Positions 35,201 through 47,470 of a stretch of DNA of 64,000 nt are shown here, piece by piece (positions within the stretch are counted from its first letter, which is position 1; every line of letters begins with the position of its first letter). The notes beneath the pieces were generated by a model. It had not been told where the DNA came from and searched no databases. It saw only the letters and a list, made by a program, of their open reading frames with translations. This DNA comes from Basidiobolus meristosporus CBS 931.73 (Eukaryota; Fungi; Basidiobolomycota): assembly GCA_002104905.1 (NCBI GenBank), contig MCFE01000215.1:62001-126000 (forward strand). Direction: 5' to 3'. The position numbers and the translations under genes are program-made.

Positions 35201-37667
35201 AATACTATCAGAACCCTGTTGCAGGACCATTATAATGCCATTAAATTTACTTACCTATTTAGCAGTAGTCTCAGCTATACACCATCACAATCTCATCATA
35301 TGACTGTAATGAGGGTTAATGATTCCAAGCTGCAGGCATTATGCTGGCCTCATAATGAGATAATCATCAAGGTTGCCAGGCATGTACTTAGTCATAACAG
35401 TACTGATCATTGCAAGCTTATCACCAGGCTTGTAAGTTTTTGGCATTCCAGATTTGGCTAAGACCATACATTTTATATCAAATGCCATAGCTGTTGGGAA
35501 AGTGGGCTTGTTATCATTGATGGGTGATATTTCTGCTGAGTGAGAAACATGTTGGGTTGGGAGTTGGGTAATGGAGCTTTCAGGTGTGGTTTATGCATAT
35601 TTAATCTGGACCCAACCAACAAAGCTGAGGTTGTATTTAGATGTAAAAATTGGAATACATTCAGGTTTGCACATATAACATAAAAATGGGGTAGCATGTT
35701 GAACAAACTCTTTCAGGTGCAAATAGTGTATGTAAGTAATTTTAATAAGAGATTTTTAATTTAATGGCAAGAGATGTTGGCATGTAAACTTTTTGGATGT
35801 AAAAATAAGTATTGCTTTGATATTGGCAGATGTCTTTAATTTTGGCATGACAAAGATCAACATAACACTAAGGTTTAAACCCATGAATAGCAAGTAAAAT
35901 TGCTTGGCTATTATATTTAGCATATCTGTAAATAACTACAGGAGCATCAGAAACCAATTGCAGATTGTATAAAAGCAGTCAATGACTAAAAAACATAGAG
36001 AGCAAAGTAACAAGAATTGATACTAAACAATATAGTAAAATAATAATACACTAGCAATGCATAAGTAAGACAAGTAGTTATAATAAATAAAGTTTTAAAA
36101 AGTATATATCAATTACTCCAACTTGAACGTTTGAAAACTATTTGTTAATTACAACCAAATTTCACCATTCAAGAATATTTAATTAATATGAAGTCAAACC
36201 TGGTGTTTGAACTTGTTTTGTAATTCAAAATTAAATATCCAACATCAAAAATCAAACATCAGATATCAAATTTTAAACTTAAGTATCAAACATCAAATAT
36301 CATATATAATACTTAAAACTTTTTGAAAGTAACCTAAATATATAATACAAAAACACAACTCCTGTAATATATAGTATAATGTATATATTTTATATCATAG
36401 GTGTTTGGTTTATTAACTCTCTGATCTTTTTGGCATTGCATTTTTAATTATAACCCAATTCCTATCTAACATATTTTGTTCTTTAATAATATCAACATAT
36501 GGATCTCAAGATGAACAATACATTTGCATTAATTTTTTCCATATAACATCCTTTTTTCTTTAACCTCAAGATGTGTAGACAGACTGTTATTAAGTCTTTC
36601 CACAAAGTTTGTAAAAGCGCCAATATAACAGCCAAACACATCTTTTAAAAATGTTAAACTTCTTCCATGTCAATCCATTCTTCTACCTTCATCGGAATGT
36701 TTTTGCATATATCCAACTTTAATGTGCATTTAATTTCTAATATAGATATAAAACTGAACAATGGATACTTAGAACTGTCACATTTTGAATTATTAAACCT
36801 AATAGTAAAAACCTCCATTATTATTTTCTTGTCCTCTCTGTCTAAATTCACCCACTTACCATTCCTTTCTTGTAGCTACTGCAAAAGCAAAGGACACACA
36901 CCAGACCATTACTTTGCAATGATATATAATCAGCAAAAAAAGCATGAATATTGAAATGCTACAACAACTGAAGATAGACTGTGCATATCTGTACTGAAAA
37001 TTGCCACAATCAGGGAATCTCAGATGTATATTAACACTGGAGGATCTCAACACTGTGCATACCAAAAAGAACATATACCCAGTATTAAGATAATCAAATT
37101 AGGATGGTCATGAGTGATTACAGAGCACTGGATGTATTTGGAGAGGGTACTATTCCAGCTAACCAAGGAAGCAGTGAAGGAAGCCACATACTTATCTTCA
37201 TGGAGGCACTCTATGTGCCAGATATAGCTAAGAACCTACAATCTGTAAGCAAGGTCACAGCACAAGAATTCAGTTTCAGTGCTGACAATGCTGGTTGCCA
37301 GATCACAAATCAAAATGACACCTGAATTACTTTGGGTTTCAAAATAAAATCTATACAAGTTGACTTATATTTGATTATATCTGCAAGCTAGCATGAATAT
37401 CTTAAATGAAGCAACACCAATGAACTGGCACAGGAGATTTGGACACACCAATTATGGTCAATTGTGCTTAATACTCAAAGATCAGCTAATATCTGCAGTA
37501 AAAACTGATCCCCAAGCAGATTTGGACATCAAGGAAGCCTGTGTATATGGGAAGTAAGCAACACAATTGATCAAGTGCTCTGGGCTAGTTTAAATTGAAC
37601 ATAAATTAAATCTAAATCAATCAGAATCATGTGGATATATGCAAAATATATTCACAGGTTTGATTAT

Positions 37668-38394
37668 AGACTTATTTTGTTGGATGGTGCAACATCCAGC
37701 CATGAGTGCCAAATGATGCCAAAATGTGCCAGGGAGGCCAAGTGAGCCTATAGTTGGCCACAGAGTGTAAAGCATGCTCTTCATCTTCATGCAAAGCAGC
37801 TCCTGTGTTTCACCCATTGTGCTGGAGAAAATCCATTTTTGACATTTTTTTAGATCAATGTTGTGCAGGATGTGTAAGAGCACATCAGGATTGAAGACAT
37901 GCATCTGGTACTCAATACCTATGGCACTTTGAATCCAGCTCCTGTGGCTTTTGTCACCTCACAAGAATGCATGGCACTATATTGGTTCACTGGTAATATC
38001 TGGCACTATAAGTGCGTTATATAGGTTTTACTTAAGGGCTAATATTTAAATATGGTACCAGATAGAATCAGGGCACCAGGATAGTGCCAATCATTTTAAT
38101 GACAGGATACAAGCCACAAAAGCTAGATTCAGAGGGCCGTGAGAATGGAGAATCAGATGCATGTCTTCAATCCTGAAGTGTGCTTACACATCCTGCACAA
38201 CATTGATCCAAAAAAAGGGTCAATAAATAGATTTTGCCAGTACAATGCAGGAAGCACAGGGGCAGCTTTGCATGAAGATGAAAAGCTATGTTTCACACTC
38301 TGTGGCCAAGTTTAGGTCTAGTATACCCCACTAGTACACAATGCACTATTTTGCACTCATGGCTCAATGTGGCACTATCCAATGAAACCAGTTT
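37668..38394. mobile_element. Foldback MITE with about 300-bp inverted arms
   Basis: The left arm is the reverse complement of the right arm; AGACT...AGTTT ends; flanks TAT/AAT; interrupts Copia integrase sequence. Confidence 0.85.
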
Positions 38395-38815
38395 AATGTA
38401 TTTAATCACTTTTATTGATGGCTAACAAAATACAAGTAGGTTTGGCTCAGCACAAGAAAAAAAGTGGCTCTGTCTTAGTTCTGGGAGCTTACAATCAGAG
38501 TGGAGCAAGAAATTGGCAAAAAAATCTAGTAAATAGGCTCTGTCAACTGTAGGGAATATACCTCTAAACACCTCATTGACTTCTGCATGATTTGTAAGGT
38601 AAAGCAAGAGACTTCTGTACCATGCTCTTCATATCCAAATGCAGTGGCAGAATGTGTAGACAGATAAATCACTGATATAGTAAGATCTGTGAGTCATGAC
38701 CAAAAATACTCCAGTGATTTTTTGCAGAATCAGTTACTGTAGCTGTATATGTCAAAATTGGAGCTATAGCTGAATCCTTGTAATCCTGCTCCACTTGAGG
38801 CATGGTACATATATC

Positions 38816-39050
38816 AGATGTATTGCATTGAATGGTGCTACATTGAGCTACCTGTGCCAAATAATGCCATAGTGTGACAGCAAGGCATAGCATACCTATA
38901 TTAGGCCACAGAGTGTCAAAGATATCTTAACATCATCATGCAGAGTAGCCCTTGTGTTTCACCTTCTGTGCTGGATAAAATCTGTTTATGGCCTTTTTTT
39001 TGTATCAATGCTGTACAAACTGTGTTAGAGTACAGAGGGCCTTATTAGAT
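38816..39050. mobile_element. Partial (single-arm) copy of the same MITE
   Basis: Matches the left arm of 37668-38394. Confidence 0.65.
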
Positions 39051-39470
39051 GCTTTTTAAAGCTATAGACTTTTGTCAAAAAGCACCTGTTATTTATTTCA
39101 AAAAAATGAAGGACCTATTTCAATGGCTGGAAACTTACCTTTTCATTCTAGAAGTATGCATATTGATATTAGACATCATTCCATATATAAGGCCATAGGG
39201 AATATCTTAGTTAACTTAGCTTAACAAGAAGGAAGAAGATGACTCTTGAATCAGCAGTGAAAACCAGCAAAGGACATACCTAATACCAACTAATGGCAGG
39301 AGCAACCTTTCTTGGAGCTACTTCACAAGGAAAGGACTCACATCAGACCAGTGCCTCAGAAAGAGAGATTATCATCAGAAAAAGGATGATTAAAGAAACA
39401 CTGCAATAAGTCAAGATATACCATACATACTTGTACCAAAGGTGACCAAAAGAAAGTATACACAGTCATG

Positions 39471-40187
39471 AGACTTGTTTGGTTGTATAATGCAACATTG
39501 AGCCATGGATGCTAAGTAGCGCCATAGTGTGCCAAAGAGGCATATCCAACCTATACTTTAGCAAACAATGTGAAACACAGTTCTGCATCTTCATGCAAAG
39601 TAGCCCTTGTGTTTAATCCATTATGCTGGCAAAAATCCACTTTTTAATCTGTTTCTTGGGATCAGTGCTTATGTCCATGTGTAAAAGCACCAAGGGTCTA
39701 AAGACATTCAACTGGTATTCAACACCCTTGGCACTCAGAATCTGACTGCTGGGGTTTATGCCATGTTGCAAATATGCTTGATACTATCTTGGTCCACTGG
39801 TACTATCTGGTGCTATATTTAAGCATTATACCTAAAGTTAGAACCATATAAAGCACTTATAGTGCCAGACAGTGCCTGTAATAACTAAGTGACATATTAC
39901 AAACCTCTGCAGCTAGATTCAGATTTCCATAGATATTGAGTACCAAATGCATGCTTACAGTTCTTCTGTGCTCAAGCACATCATGGACTGCATCAGTCTC
40001 AAAAAAAATGTTAACAAAAGGATTTTCTCCAGCACAGTAGACAAAACACAGGGGCTGCTGTACATAAAGATGTAAAACTATGCTTTAAACTCTGTTGCCA
40101 AGTACAGGTCAACTTTGCCTTTTTGGGACACTATGGCACTATTTGTAACTAATGGCTCAATGTAGTACTGTCCAACAGAGCAAGTCT
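39471..40187. mobile_element. Foldback MITE copy 2 with 3-bp TSD ATG
   Basis: ATG|AGACTT...AAGTCT|ATG; removing it restores the Copia protease-coding text. Confidence 0.85.
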
Positions 40188-43100
40188 ATGGTTTATCAAC
40201 TCTGGAGCATCTCAGTACTGGGCATTTAGAGAGAACCTTTCACCCAATTTCAGAGATCTGAAGTAAAAAGGCTTTCCTGGGTAGTAATAGAACACATGAC
40301 CAAGTTGTAGATGGTACTATCAAGGTAAATCTCAGAGTAGTAAAGGAAGCCTCATACCTACTTTTATAGAGGCTCTTTAAGTACCAGAAATAGCCAAGGA
40401 CCTATTATCTGTGAGCAAGGCCACAAAAGAAGGAGTCAGTTTTGTTTGACCATTCTGAATGAAGGATCACAAATCATCACTGTGAGCTTGTTGCTTAGGG
40501 TATTTAGATCACAACCCCACAGGCTTACTTATGTTGCATCAATACAGGAAGCAAATATTAGTAACTTAAGTGAACACCAATGCTTTGGCCCAGGAAATTG
40601 GCAAGCATCAATTTTGATTATTTGCACAAAATGATCAAGGATCAGTGAATTTCTGGAGTAACCTCATTCCCACAACTGGTTTAAAGCACTGAGAAGCCTG
40701 TATATATACTGTTGAAGAGCTGTGGGCCAATCAAACTCAGCAAAATTCTGATCTAATTTACTCAGTTTTGTGTGAACCTATGCTAAGAGTAAATTTACAC
40801 AGAGTGAGGTATTTGGTTATGTTGGAAGATACTTATGCAAGTTACATGTAGGTGTACATCATTGGAAGAAAGGAAAAAGCTCTCTAATCTCAAGGATATC
40901 AAAGCCATGGTGGAGAGAGAAACTGGCAACAAATATCAAGAAAAAACACTATGATAGAGGTAGAGACAACATATCAAAGCATTTGGGATAAAGTAAGAGA
41001 CATCTGTTCCATGTTCCTCACTCCAGAATAGAGAGTCAAAGGTGCAACAGGATTAGAAACTGGCACAGCAACCCCTGTGATCCATGAGCAGATATTATCC
41101 AATGATTCTGGGCAGAAACAGCTGCTACAGCGGTATATCTCAAAAGTAGGAGTTATAGCAGAGTACCTTGTGATTGTACTCTATTCTAGGCACTGCTTGA
41201 GCATAGATCAAGTGCAGAGCACCTATTTGTATTGGGATGCATAGCATATGCCAAGAGCCTGCCTAGAAATCAGTCAAGACTTGAACCAAAGAGTGTAAAG
41301 TGCATAGTTTGGGCTACTGCAACAAGAGTAAGGCATACAGTATCTACAATACCAGAGCAAAGAGGTTGATCAAATCAAAGATGAAGGGATGAATGAATGA
41401 TCACATTTCTCATAATACATCTCATCAGACAATGACAAGATGTGGACCCTAATTTCACCAATAGTCAGGATTGAACAAGAGTAAAACAGTGAGATTATTT
41501 CATTCCAGAGGACCCTGCCAAAGTGGCTCATCCTGAATTAGTGTTCAGGGACATTGAGAAGTGACTACTTTAGTACCGCAAGGCAGGAGATCCAAATGGA
41601 TCAAAAATAGCCAAAATTGCTATATCATTGAGGGTTCTAGCTTAGCCTCTGCCTTGTTGGTATACATTAATGAGCTCTAGTTTGTAAATGAGGCCCTTGA
41701 TAGCCCTTGGACAATTTTTTGGAGATATGCATTGACTAAGGGGTAGCAGGCCCTGATAAAAATTCATACATGGGACTTAGTCAGGTTGCCAATCAACCAG
41801 GAATTGCCTGGATCCAGAGAGGTGCTCAAGACAAGATACTAGGCTGATGGTATAATTGAGAGATATAAAGCAACACTTTTGGCCAAAGGATACTCTCAAA
41901 TAAATGCTCTGGACTATGCTAAGACCTTTGCACTAGCTGCCATATTTGATTCCAGTGGACTATTATTGGCTGTTGCAGCCAAACATAGGCTTTCTATGCA
42001 TCAAATGGATGAAAAAGCTGCATTTGCAAATGGATAAGTTGATGAGGATATGGATATGGATCAGCCAGATGGGTGGTTTGGCTAAGATAGCACCTATTTG
42101 ATCTACAAGCCTAAAAAGTTGCCATATGGTCTCAAACAATCATTAGGAGCCTGGAAATGCAAGACAGATTTTTTTATGGTTTCTTTGAGGCTCTAAAGAA
42201 GTCCTGCTAGCTATATTAATGACTATAAGCCAGGCAGAGCAATTGCAGCTCTAGGAGCTGTATATGTGGATCATCTTACTGAAGCCTCAAAAACCAAGAA
42301 CCTTTGGAAGAGACTAGGTCCAGCCTGTCTAAGTACTTCAAAATGTCCAATCTAAGAGAGCTCAGATACTATTTAATGGTAAGATTCATTACAGATGGAA
42401 TTACCCAATCCATCAGCCTAAGCAAGTCAAGTATATTCAAGATATACTCAAGAAGTACCCAAGGACAACAGTGACCAGTAGTCACCCAAACAGAGACAAT
42501 GCTTTACTTGATCAAAACTCAACCAAATGCCAGCCAGCATAATCAGAACTACGGATCTGAAAATACTGCAGTAGTTAAGTAGATTCTTGATACTTAAAAG
42601 GAACTACTAGTATTTGCGTAAGGTACACCTACAAAGACTAAGAATAGGATCTTGTGCAATATTCTGATGCAGACTGGGGGCAAAATTTAAAAAACAGAAG
42701 ATCCACCACATGATACACATTTCTTTACTGTAAAGCAGCAGTGTCATGGTACTCAAGTGAGCCTTGAACTATGGCACTTGCTGCCACAGAGGCAGAGTGT
42801 ATGGTGGCATTTGAAGCTACAGAAGAAGCAATGTAGCTACAAGGGCTTTCCAAATACTCAGGCTTATGTCTAAAAGCCCCCATTACAATATTTCAGCATA
42901 ATAAGCATATATAAAATTAGGTAGTAGTTCAACTTTTTATGCTCAAACTAAGCATATAGATAGTAGACATCATGTGATATGTGAGGCCACAGCAAATTGG
43001 TTAGTTAGCTAAGTTTACTGTCCTACAGATGAAATGATTGCGGACATATTTGGCAAACCATTGGCCAGAGATGAGCCTGAATATCTTAGATCACAATTGA

Positions 43101-45682
43101 CACTGATTAATATTGATATCTTGTTCAGTGTGAGTATTGTGAAACTTTATGATTCAACCTAAACACTCACCTAACTAAGTCATTTAAATCATCCCCAAGA
43201 AATCCTACAGGTTACTGGCCAAATTGCCTGTTGGGCTTTATTCCAACTTCTTTGCCAAAACATCATCTACCCAGAACACAACAATTCTCAAAGTGGTCCA
43301 AACAGTCCCTGACTTTGCACATATGCTCTTGGGACCTTCCTAGGTATATTCTACATGTTTGTCTCACCAAGACCATATAAATATACATGTACTACTTTGA
43401 TATTGAATATATCATTAGATGAAAACCACATACTTTACTTGTTCTCCAAATCACTTCTGGTATCTCCAAAGCTCTTACATCAGGAAGCTCCCTGGCCATC
43501 ACCATTGGCTACTCTGAGTATATTTAAGATGTACAGGATTTTTTGGGATACTGTGGTGTGGAGACTGGAAACAAGATCTGGAAGATGGGAGATTCACTGT
43601 GGGATGCACCTTTCTTCATCACCAAGGAGGATTCTCATGAGATTCAAGAAAACAACCAGCTGCAGTACTTTCCATCACCATGGCAGAGTATATGGCTGCC
43701 TGCAAGGCTATGAAAGAAGCAATTTGGTTAGGAAAATTCAGTAGACTTAGGTTCTTGTCAAAAAAGACCCTACCACTATATATTGAGATGCTCAAGGAAG
43801 TACCCAGTTGGTGGAAACCCAACTGTTCATGCTAGAACTGAACACACAGGTATTAGGCTTAGTTTCATCAACTGAGCCATGAAGAATAGCTTTGGTAACC
43901 TAGTTTACTCTCCAACCAACAAAAGGATTGTGGCTATATTCACCAAACCATTGGCCGGAGACCATACAAATATCTAGTCGGGTGGGAGTGTGAAAAACTT
44001 GGTAACCACACCCAAATACTCCCTCAACTTGGTCACATAGATCATAGTCTACATGTCACTGAGAATTCTGCCCAATGGCATGAAGCAGGGGAAACCACTG
44101 GCCAAAGTGGCCGCTCACTTTTGCTTACCTGTCCGTGGTCCATCCAAGAAAGCACCTTCGCACACACATGGACCACCAAACCCCTTGGACACCAGCACCC
44201 AAACAAAAAATGTGGGGTGCCACGGAAGGTGGTTTGCGAAGCGGCAGGCAACACGGAGATCTTGACGACTTATGTGTGGAGAGAAATACCCTAGCCACCC
44301 TGTTGACAAGGAAAGCCGAGGAACCCCGTCGCCAGCCACCTGTCACTGAAGGTTGACCGCGTCGGTAGGAAAACGGTGCGGAGGTATGTAGGAGGCGCGA
44401 CCGGTCGCCAGATATCCCGTGCCGTCCCTTACAGCAGTGCTCCCCAACGGGCCAGGCCCTCGGTTGCCAACCAAGATAAAGGTCAGTTCTTGCATACGGG
44501 TGAGCTCTTGAGCGAGTGGTGGTGGCGGAATTTCCAGCGTTCACGTCCCCAACTGACTCAACAATCCGTTCCATCACCTCAGAAATCGGTCTCGATTGGT
44601 CGGCCCACTTGAAGTTCGAGGCCACCAATAACTCCAGGCGAATCCCATCCCACCAGTGAATAACTGAACCCTCCCCATCCGGTGACGTCATCATCCCAGC
44701 CCCCTTAGCAGTAAGTGTCCATCCAAATTCGAGATCTGGAAAGGCGATAATTTCTTCGGACCACCGCATGGCCCGAGCTAGCGGCGACCCTTCACCCAAC
44801 CCACGCACCAGGGGAAGGTCGGTCGCCGCGAGAGGTTCAGCCGACCAGTACCCCGAACGCCCGCCACCTAGGAAGAGTTGGAAGCCAGGGTCCCAGACTT
44901 GACGGGGAATAGAGCCGGTGGAAGGGCGCTAAGCTTCCCCCTTTTTCACCTCTCCCATAACCTCGTTATCACACGCGTCGGTGGTCCGATTGAAGTCTGG
45001 GGAGGTACGGTGGGAAGCAAATGCCGACCGTCACCACCCGCTCCGCGTTTACGGAGGTGGGCCGTCATGAAAGGTCCGCGCGTACCTCGAAAGCCGCGTC
45101 CTTTCGGACCGGAAGCCCCATGAAAGCGGGCCACCTGTATGACGAACCAAGACCGATCGGTTATTGACCACCTGGTCCGCACGACCAATCCCTTCGAAAA
45201 CTTTCGTACCTTTATGCCATACTCCGTGGGACCAGTGTCGACCTGAAGAAGTTCCCCCTCCCCCTCCACCTCCCTCACCACCAACCACCATATTTCAAAT
45301 TTCTCCGGAGGCCTGACTACCTCGAGGTTCACCCCTCACGCGCGCCCAGATTCCTGACCGATGTGAGCTATATGTACAGACGACACGCAGGTTTATTTAT
45401 CCGGAAGGTCGATAGGAAATGAATCGTGGAATACCCGGTAATCTAATTGCAACGGGGGGGGGCTCGATGGCGACACATGGTAGCCTTGGAACTTCAATAG
45501 GATTTCCACACCGTCACATAAACGATCTATTGGTGTAGGTGGGGTTGGGATTGGGATTGGGATTGGTAAGTGAAAGGGATATCAATATTGGTATGCGGGT
45601 AAGTATGCTGGAGGTGGACCCCAAGGGACCTGGGTATAGTGGTTATGTACGTGATGAATCCACGAAGGTGTCGGTACGGTCA

Positions 45683-47470
45683 TTACTCGGATTTGTCGGT
45701 GATGGGCTTGTAGGTCGGCTCCCACATGCTTTTCTCCACGTATTTCAGCAGCTCCTCCCATGCGGGTGTGCCCACCTTGCTGGACGAACCGGAGGGCAAG
45801 ATGGAGAGGATTCTGGGATCCGTGGCGAGGTTCTCCTTGACTGCTTGGCGGCACACCGCGGCTGCTACCACCGCGGAGACCTCCCGAATCCGCTCGATTC
45901 TGGGGTAAAGAAGGTGTGACTTTCGCTCGTCCTCCGTCAGCGAGTCGGCCAGTGCCGCGGCCGAGGCGTAGATGATCGTGTCGGTGATGCGCGAGGGTCT
46001 GGAGAGGATGGCTCCGAGGCCAAGTCCTGGGAAGATGTACATGTTGTTGCCTTGGCCGGGGACATGCTCCTTCTTGTTCTCATCGACGTAGCGTGGGAAG
46101 GCAGTGCCTGACGCGAAGAGCACATTTCCATTGGTGTGGATCATGGCCTGTTCAAACGAGCATTCGGCTTGGGTGGCGGGATTCGAGAGGGGGAACACGA
46201 TTGGTCTTTCGTTGATGTCCGCCAAGAGCTTCAACACCTCCGCGTCGAACACCCCGCCCTGCGAGCTGAGGCCGATCAGGGCGGTGGGCTTGACGTATTC
46301 GATCGTCTCCTTCAGGTCCTTGAGTTGACGGCCCTCGTTGTCGTCTCTGGCGAAGTACACCTTGTGCTGGGCAAGCTTGTCCCCTCTGTCCTGGGTCACA
46401 AGGCCCTTCGAGTCGTTCAGCCAGAAGAGCTTCTTGGCCTCCTCCTCGGTCATGCCGTGCTCCAGCACGAAGTAGTCCATGATCTGCTTGGCAACCCCCA
46501 CCCCTGCCGACCCGGCCCCGAAGAAGAGCAGTCGATGCTGCTTGGCCGGGATCCCGACCTCCCTCACCGCATTGATGAACCCGGCGAGGATGACCGCCCC
46601 GGTGCCCTGGATGTCGTCGTTGAAGCTGAGGTAGCGGTTGCGGTGACGCTCGAGGAGCTCGAATGCGTGCTCCGAGGAGAAGTCCTCGAACTGGATCAGC
46701 ATCTTGGGGAAAGCCTTGTTCAACGTGGCCAGGACCGAGTCGACCGCCTTGTGGAACTCGTCCCCCTCCGGCCTCTTTCTGCGCAGTCCGAGGTAGAGCG
46801 GGTCGTCCAGGTTCTTCTGGTTGTTCGTGCCGAAGTCGAGGCAGATCGGAAGCGTTCTTCTGGGATCGAGGCCTGCCGCCGCCACGTACAGCTGCAACTT
46901 CCCGACTGGGATGCCCATGCCTCCAACCCCCAGATCGCCAAGTCCGAGGATGCGGGATCCGTCGGTGATGACGGCAATATCCGGAGTGATGGAAGGGTCG
47001 GGGAGGGCGTTCTTGTAGTTCTCGATGAGTTGGTCGAGGACAGGGATGTCATCGATGGAGATGAACAAGCCGTCGAACGATCCGTTAGGGGCTAAGAATG
47101 GATAGATGTGGGAATAATTGGCGCAAGCGGTGCCAACGGTGGGGGTGTAGATGAGTGGCATCAACTCCTCGGGGGAATCCAGAACCATCCTGTAGAACAG
47201 GTTCGAGTTGGTGTTTCTCAGCCAGGCCAAGAAGATGTACTTCTCCAGGCCAGTTGTCTTGCCACGCAGTTGCTCGAATGCTCTCGATACCTGCTTGCCC
47301 ATCGTCTCGAGGGCAGGAGGAAGAAGACCTCGCAACTGTCGGCTATCCCGCTCGGTAAGGGATGTGGCCGTTCCTTTGGCATAGAAGGGAGAGCGGATGT
47401 TGTAGGACATCCGTCTGCATTGGGTAGACCTAGCTAGTCGGGTGGATGCTAAACGTAATGCAGTGAACAT
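45683..47470 (-). CDS. MAE1: Malic enzyme, mitochondrial-presequence form (595 aa), probably NADP-preferring
   Basis: IYTPTVG, TDGSRILGLGD, GKLQLY, QFEDF, FNDDIQGTG, GAGSAG, PLSNP, GQGNN. Start MFTALRLASTRLARSTQCRRM is Arg/Ser/Thr-rich with no acidic residue; second ATG at 47410. The symbol reflects family, not proven orthology. Confidence 0.95.
   Translation of the reverse strand: MFTALRLASTRLARSTQCRRMSYNIRSPFYAKGTATSLTERDSRQLRGLLPPALETMGKQVSRAFEQLRGKTTGLEKYIFLAWLRNTNSNLFYRMVLDSPEELMPLIYTPTVGTACANYSHIYPFLAPNGSFDGLFISIDDIPVLDQLIENYKNALPDPSITPDIAVITDGSRILGLGDLGVGGMGIPVGKLQLYVAAAGLDPRRTLPICLDFGTNNQKNLDDPLYLGLRRKRPEGDEFHKAVDSVLATLNKAFPKMLIQFEDFSSEHAFELLERHRNRYLSFNDDIQGTGAVILAGFINAVREVGIPAKQHRLLFFGAGSAGVGVAKQIMDYFVLEHGMTEEEAKKLFWLNDSKGLVTQDRGDKLAQHKVYFARDDNEGRQLKDLKETIEYVKPTALIGLSSQGGVFDAEVLKLLADINERPIVFPLSNPATQAECSFEQAMIHTNGNVLFASGTAFPRYVDENKKEHVPGQGNNMYIFPGLGLGAILSRPSRITDTIIYASAAALADSLTEDERKSHLLYPRIERIREVSAVVAAAVCRQAVKENLATDPRILSILPSGSSSKVGTPAWEELLKYVEKSMWEPTYKPITDKSE

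Larger units (their letters stand above)
36850..44050 (+). mobile_element. At least two heavily decayed Copia copies, including LTR about 43136-43482 and a truncated LTR at about 43990-44050
   Basis: Recognisable matches to the copy B zinc knuckle, PR, IN, RT, RNH, PPT and LTR with many substitutions. Confidence 0.8.

Noticed and set aside
35700-36800. AT-rich tract with ATCAAA-like reiterations
   Set aside because: Low-complexity, no regular period, ORF or termini.
1-44000. Ascomycete-type RIP (CpA-targeted)
   Set aside because: The differences I traced between copies are mostly at CpG, and several repeats keep open ORFs; better explained by 5mC deamination. A formal context count is needed.
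46136-47095. 319-aa antisense ORF (and the 284-aa twin at 51915-52769)
   Set aside because: Shadow frame of a GC3-rich malic enzyme CDS; no independent motifs. Useful only as evidence of nucleotide identity.
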